This document shows positions 24,953 through 27,103 of a stretch of 27,103 bases of DNA, piece after piece. Made by a program: the position numbers and the translations under genes. The DNA comes from Candidatus Firestoneibacteriota bacterium (GTDB taxonomy: Bacteria > Oederibacteriota > D2-FULL-39-29 > JBBTED01), in NCBI GenBank assembly GCA_038042445.1, contig JBBTED010000074.1:1-27103 (forward strand). The letters run 5' to 3'. Each line of letters starts with the position of its first letter. Within the stretch, counting starts at the first letter, position 1. The notes beneath the pieces are model-generated. The model saw only the letters and a program-made list of their open reading frames with translations. It was not told the DNA's origin and ran no database searches.

Positions 24953-27031
24953 TCACAAATCAATCATTATACATTCATATTCATTAAGTTTTTCTAATGT
25001 AATGTGAAGCCAGTCTTTTTCTTTCTTAAAATTTATCTTTGCATTTTTTAGTGATTTTACTCTTTTAGGAATTTTGTTTCCTATTTTTATTCCTATTTCT
25101 ATTTTGTTTATTGGAACTACGTATCGGACAACTGAATACGGTTTTAATTGATTGGTAGTCTGATTTAACAACAATATTGCAACACTTTTTCCTTTTATGT
25201 GTGTAACTACTTCTACAGAACCAGATAGATTTGTTTTTAAAGACACATCTTTTTCTGATACAGACAAAACAGAATTTACCAAAACTTCCATATTATCTTT
25301 ACAGCCAAACCTATGACAAATTGCATCTAATTCAGCAGTTATATACAAAATCTTTCCTTTACCCAATTTTTGTGTCAATATCATTGGATTAATTTCATTG
25401 TTTGGATAACCTCCCATAAGGCAATGGTCCCTATGCCTGCGACTATCATCAAAACCTAATATTTCTGCCATAGGTAAAACACTCTTTTCTGTTTCTAACT
25501 GTATATACCCACCTCTAAATGAAAGAAGTTTTTTATTTAATTTTTCCCATATTTTTTCTTTAGAATGTATTTTATAATATGTATGTGGCAAAAATTTAGG
25601 CCCCCCACGTAATCCTACAGTTGCATTTTTTTCTAAATTATTGATCACTCCTAAACGGTTTTGGACACCTAATAGTTTCATCAATCTGTTTTCTTTATCT
25701 TCCCAGCCTGTTTTGTAAGTCATAACTAAACCCCCACCGTTTTTTACATATTCTTCAATACAATCTATTACTTTTGAGCTTAATCTTTTAGCATTAGGCA
25801 ATATCAAAACAGAATAATTTTTAAGACAGCTATTTTCTATATCTTCAGGAATAACTATATCTGTTGGAATATGATATTCACTAAGTGTAAAATAAAATCC
25901 CTTAAGAGCATCACTAAAATAATCCTCATTATCTTCTGGTGATGACCAATTTAAAATAGCTGCATATTTTAAGGATTCCGAATCAATCACATAAGAATTT
26001 AATTTCTCAATATCCACAAACAATTCTTTTAATGTAGGCATCAAGCTTTCGTCTTCTTCAAATGCAGTTTGAACATGAACTTGCACAATTGCCCCTTGAC
26101 TCATATTTTCCATAATTGCTAATTTAGTATGTTCTGGTGTTCTTTGCGCATAATCATAATCTACATTTTTTGAAACAAATTGTGTGTTTAAAATAGGCTT
26201 TTTACTCTCAGCCTTAAGCATCAAATTGTATAAACTTATTTCTCTTAATGAAATGTCATTATCATAATAACCCCATTGGCCCTCCATAGAAATAACATCA
26301 ACATATTTACTTAATGTTTTTATATTAGAATCTCTTAGACTAGAACGTCCCAACTCCTGAAACAGTGTATAAGTTGCGCCTGTGATAATAGTATCTGGAG
26401 ATACTTCATCAACAACTTCTCGTATTTTTCTATAAAAATCTGTAATTGTTTCTTGATGAAATTGTTTAAGTTGTCTGTCTGTTGCATCAGTTGGAATTTC
26501 TCTTTCATATTTACCTTTAAATTTTTCCCTGCAATAGTAACAATAACAAAATCCCGCTCCAAAATATATACCTTCTACATATATACCGTCTACTTTATAT
26601 TTTGAAACAATTTCTTTTATACGCTCGGGATAGTAATCCCCAAAAGGTGAATTTGGACAAAGTATTAAAAAATTGGACCATCCTGTTGGCTTACCTTCTT
26701 TGTCTAACTGCACCCAATGTGGATATTCATTACAAAGATAGGTTTTTGAATGTACCCCATAGAAACCTGCTATAAATCTCAAACCTCGTTTATGTGCTTC
26801 TTTTTCTATCATTGCAATTAGATCATAATTTCCTATATGTTTATCTTTAGGTGCTGATTTACCATCATAAAGAATATATCCTCCATTATCTATTACATAG
26901 GCAATTGCATTTGCATTAACTTTTTCCACACTATCAAGCATTTCATTTACATATTTTGGAACATCTAAGTCTATTTTAGGATTCAACCATTCTAAATGAA
27001 TCCTTGCTGCTTTATACCATTCTGTTCTCAT
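24953..27031 (-). CDS. Putative glycoside hydrolase (GHL6/GH42-like TIM barrel plus GATase1-like trimerisation domain)
   Basis: EAHKRGLRF, P-W, LCPNSP, YKVDGIY, CYCYYCREKF, YSVLILPN...LS, YVKNGGGL, GKGKILY. Confidence 0.75.
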   Translation of the reverse strand: MRTEWYKAARIHLEWLNPKIDLDVPKYVNEMLDSVEKVNANAIAYVIDNGGYILYDGKSAPKDKHIGNYDLIAMIEKEAHKRGLRFIAGFYGVHSKTYLCNEYPHWVQLDKEGKPTGWSNFLILCPNSPFGDYYPERIKEIVSKYKVDGIYVEGIYFGAGFCYCYYCREKFKGKYEREIPTDATDRQLKQFHQETITDFYRKIREVVDEVSPDTIITGATYTLFQELGRSSLRDSNIKTLSKYVDVISMEGQWGYYDNDISLREISLYNLMLKAESKKPILNTQFVSKNVDYDYAQRTPEHTKLAIMENMSQGAIVQVHVQTAFEEDESLMPTLKELFVDIEKLNSYVIDSESLKYAAILNWSSPEDNEDYFSDALKGFYFTLSEYHIPTDIVIPEDIENSCLKNYSVLILPNAKRLSSKVIDCIEEYVKNGGGLVMTYKTGWEDKENRLMKLLGVQNRLGVINNLEKNATVGLRGGPKFLPHTYYKIHSKEKIWEKLNKKLLSFRGGYIQLETEKSVLPMAEILGFDDSRRHRDHCLMGGYPNNEINPMILTQKLGKGKILYITAELDAICHRFGCKDNMEVLVNSVLSVSEKDVSLKTNLSGSVEVVTHIKGKSVAILLLNQTTNQLKPYSVVRYVVPINKIEIGIKIGNKIPKRVKSLKNAKINFKKEKDWLHITLEKLNEYECIMIDL

Positions 27032-27103
27032 AATTTCCCCTTTCCATCTATTTAGGTACTGTGAAAAGTTTTTAACAATATTCCTTTATTTCTTTAATTA
27101 CAT

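Noticed and set aside
2189..25007. Numerous short plus-strand ORFs (e.g. 2622-3083, 7843-8163, 8576-8905, 15186-15491, 22420-22749, 24573-25007)
   Set aside because: They are antisense shadows of well-supported minus-strand genes.
27072..27103. 3' end of an upstream minus-strand gene (…VIKEIKEYC*)
   Set aside because: Only nine codons are visible, too few to support a call.

Overview
AT-rich bacterial window, probably from a diderm because it carries LPS heptose genes. Every supportable gene is on the minus strand. In transcription order (right to left): (1) a sugar/polyol catabolic operon (GHL6-like hydrolase, SrlD-like SDR, Zn-dependent polyol dehydrogenase, Rpe/AlsE-type epimerase); (2) uvrB; (3) a REP-associated HUH tyrosine transposase (RAYT) with one palindromic REP upstream and one in-frame inside the gene; (4) amrS, dgt, galU-trpD-trpC; (5) three uncharacterised membrane proteins (zinc ribbons, TPR/HEAT, an unrecognised ~45-aa repeat); (6) an orphan FixX-like ferredoxin heading an ADP-heptose/heptosyltransferase operon (gmhB, rfaE1, rfaE2, three GT9); (7) an AraC-associated catabolic cluster (GH31/36-like protein lacking its usual catalytic Asp residues, CocE/NonD hydrolase, atypical PIG-L deacetylase, TPP-dependent E1 alpha). 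The most striking non-coding signal is a set of nested palindromic elements. A 120/144-bp MITE with 15-bp terminal inverted repeats sits twice, in the same relative orientation and with a TTTA duplication, exactly in the loop of two different GTAG-type REP hairpins, and itself carries a GTCA-type palindrome. No rRNA, tRNA or CRISPR array was seen. Family assignments come from motif recognition only; no database searches were run.
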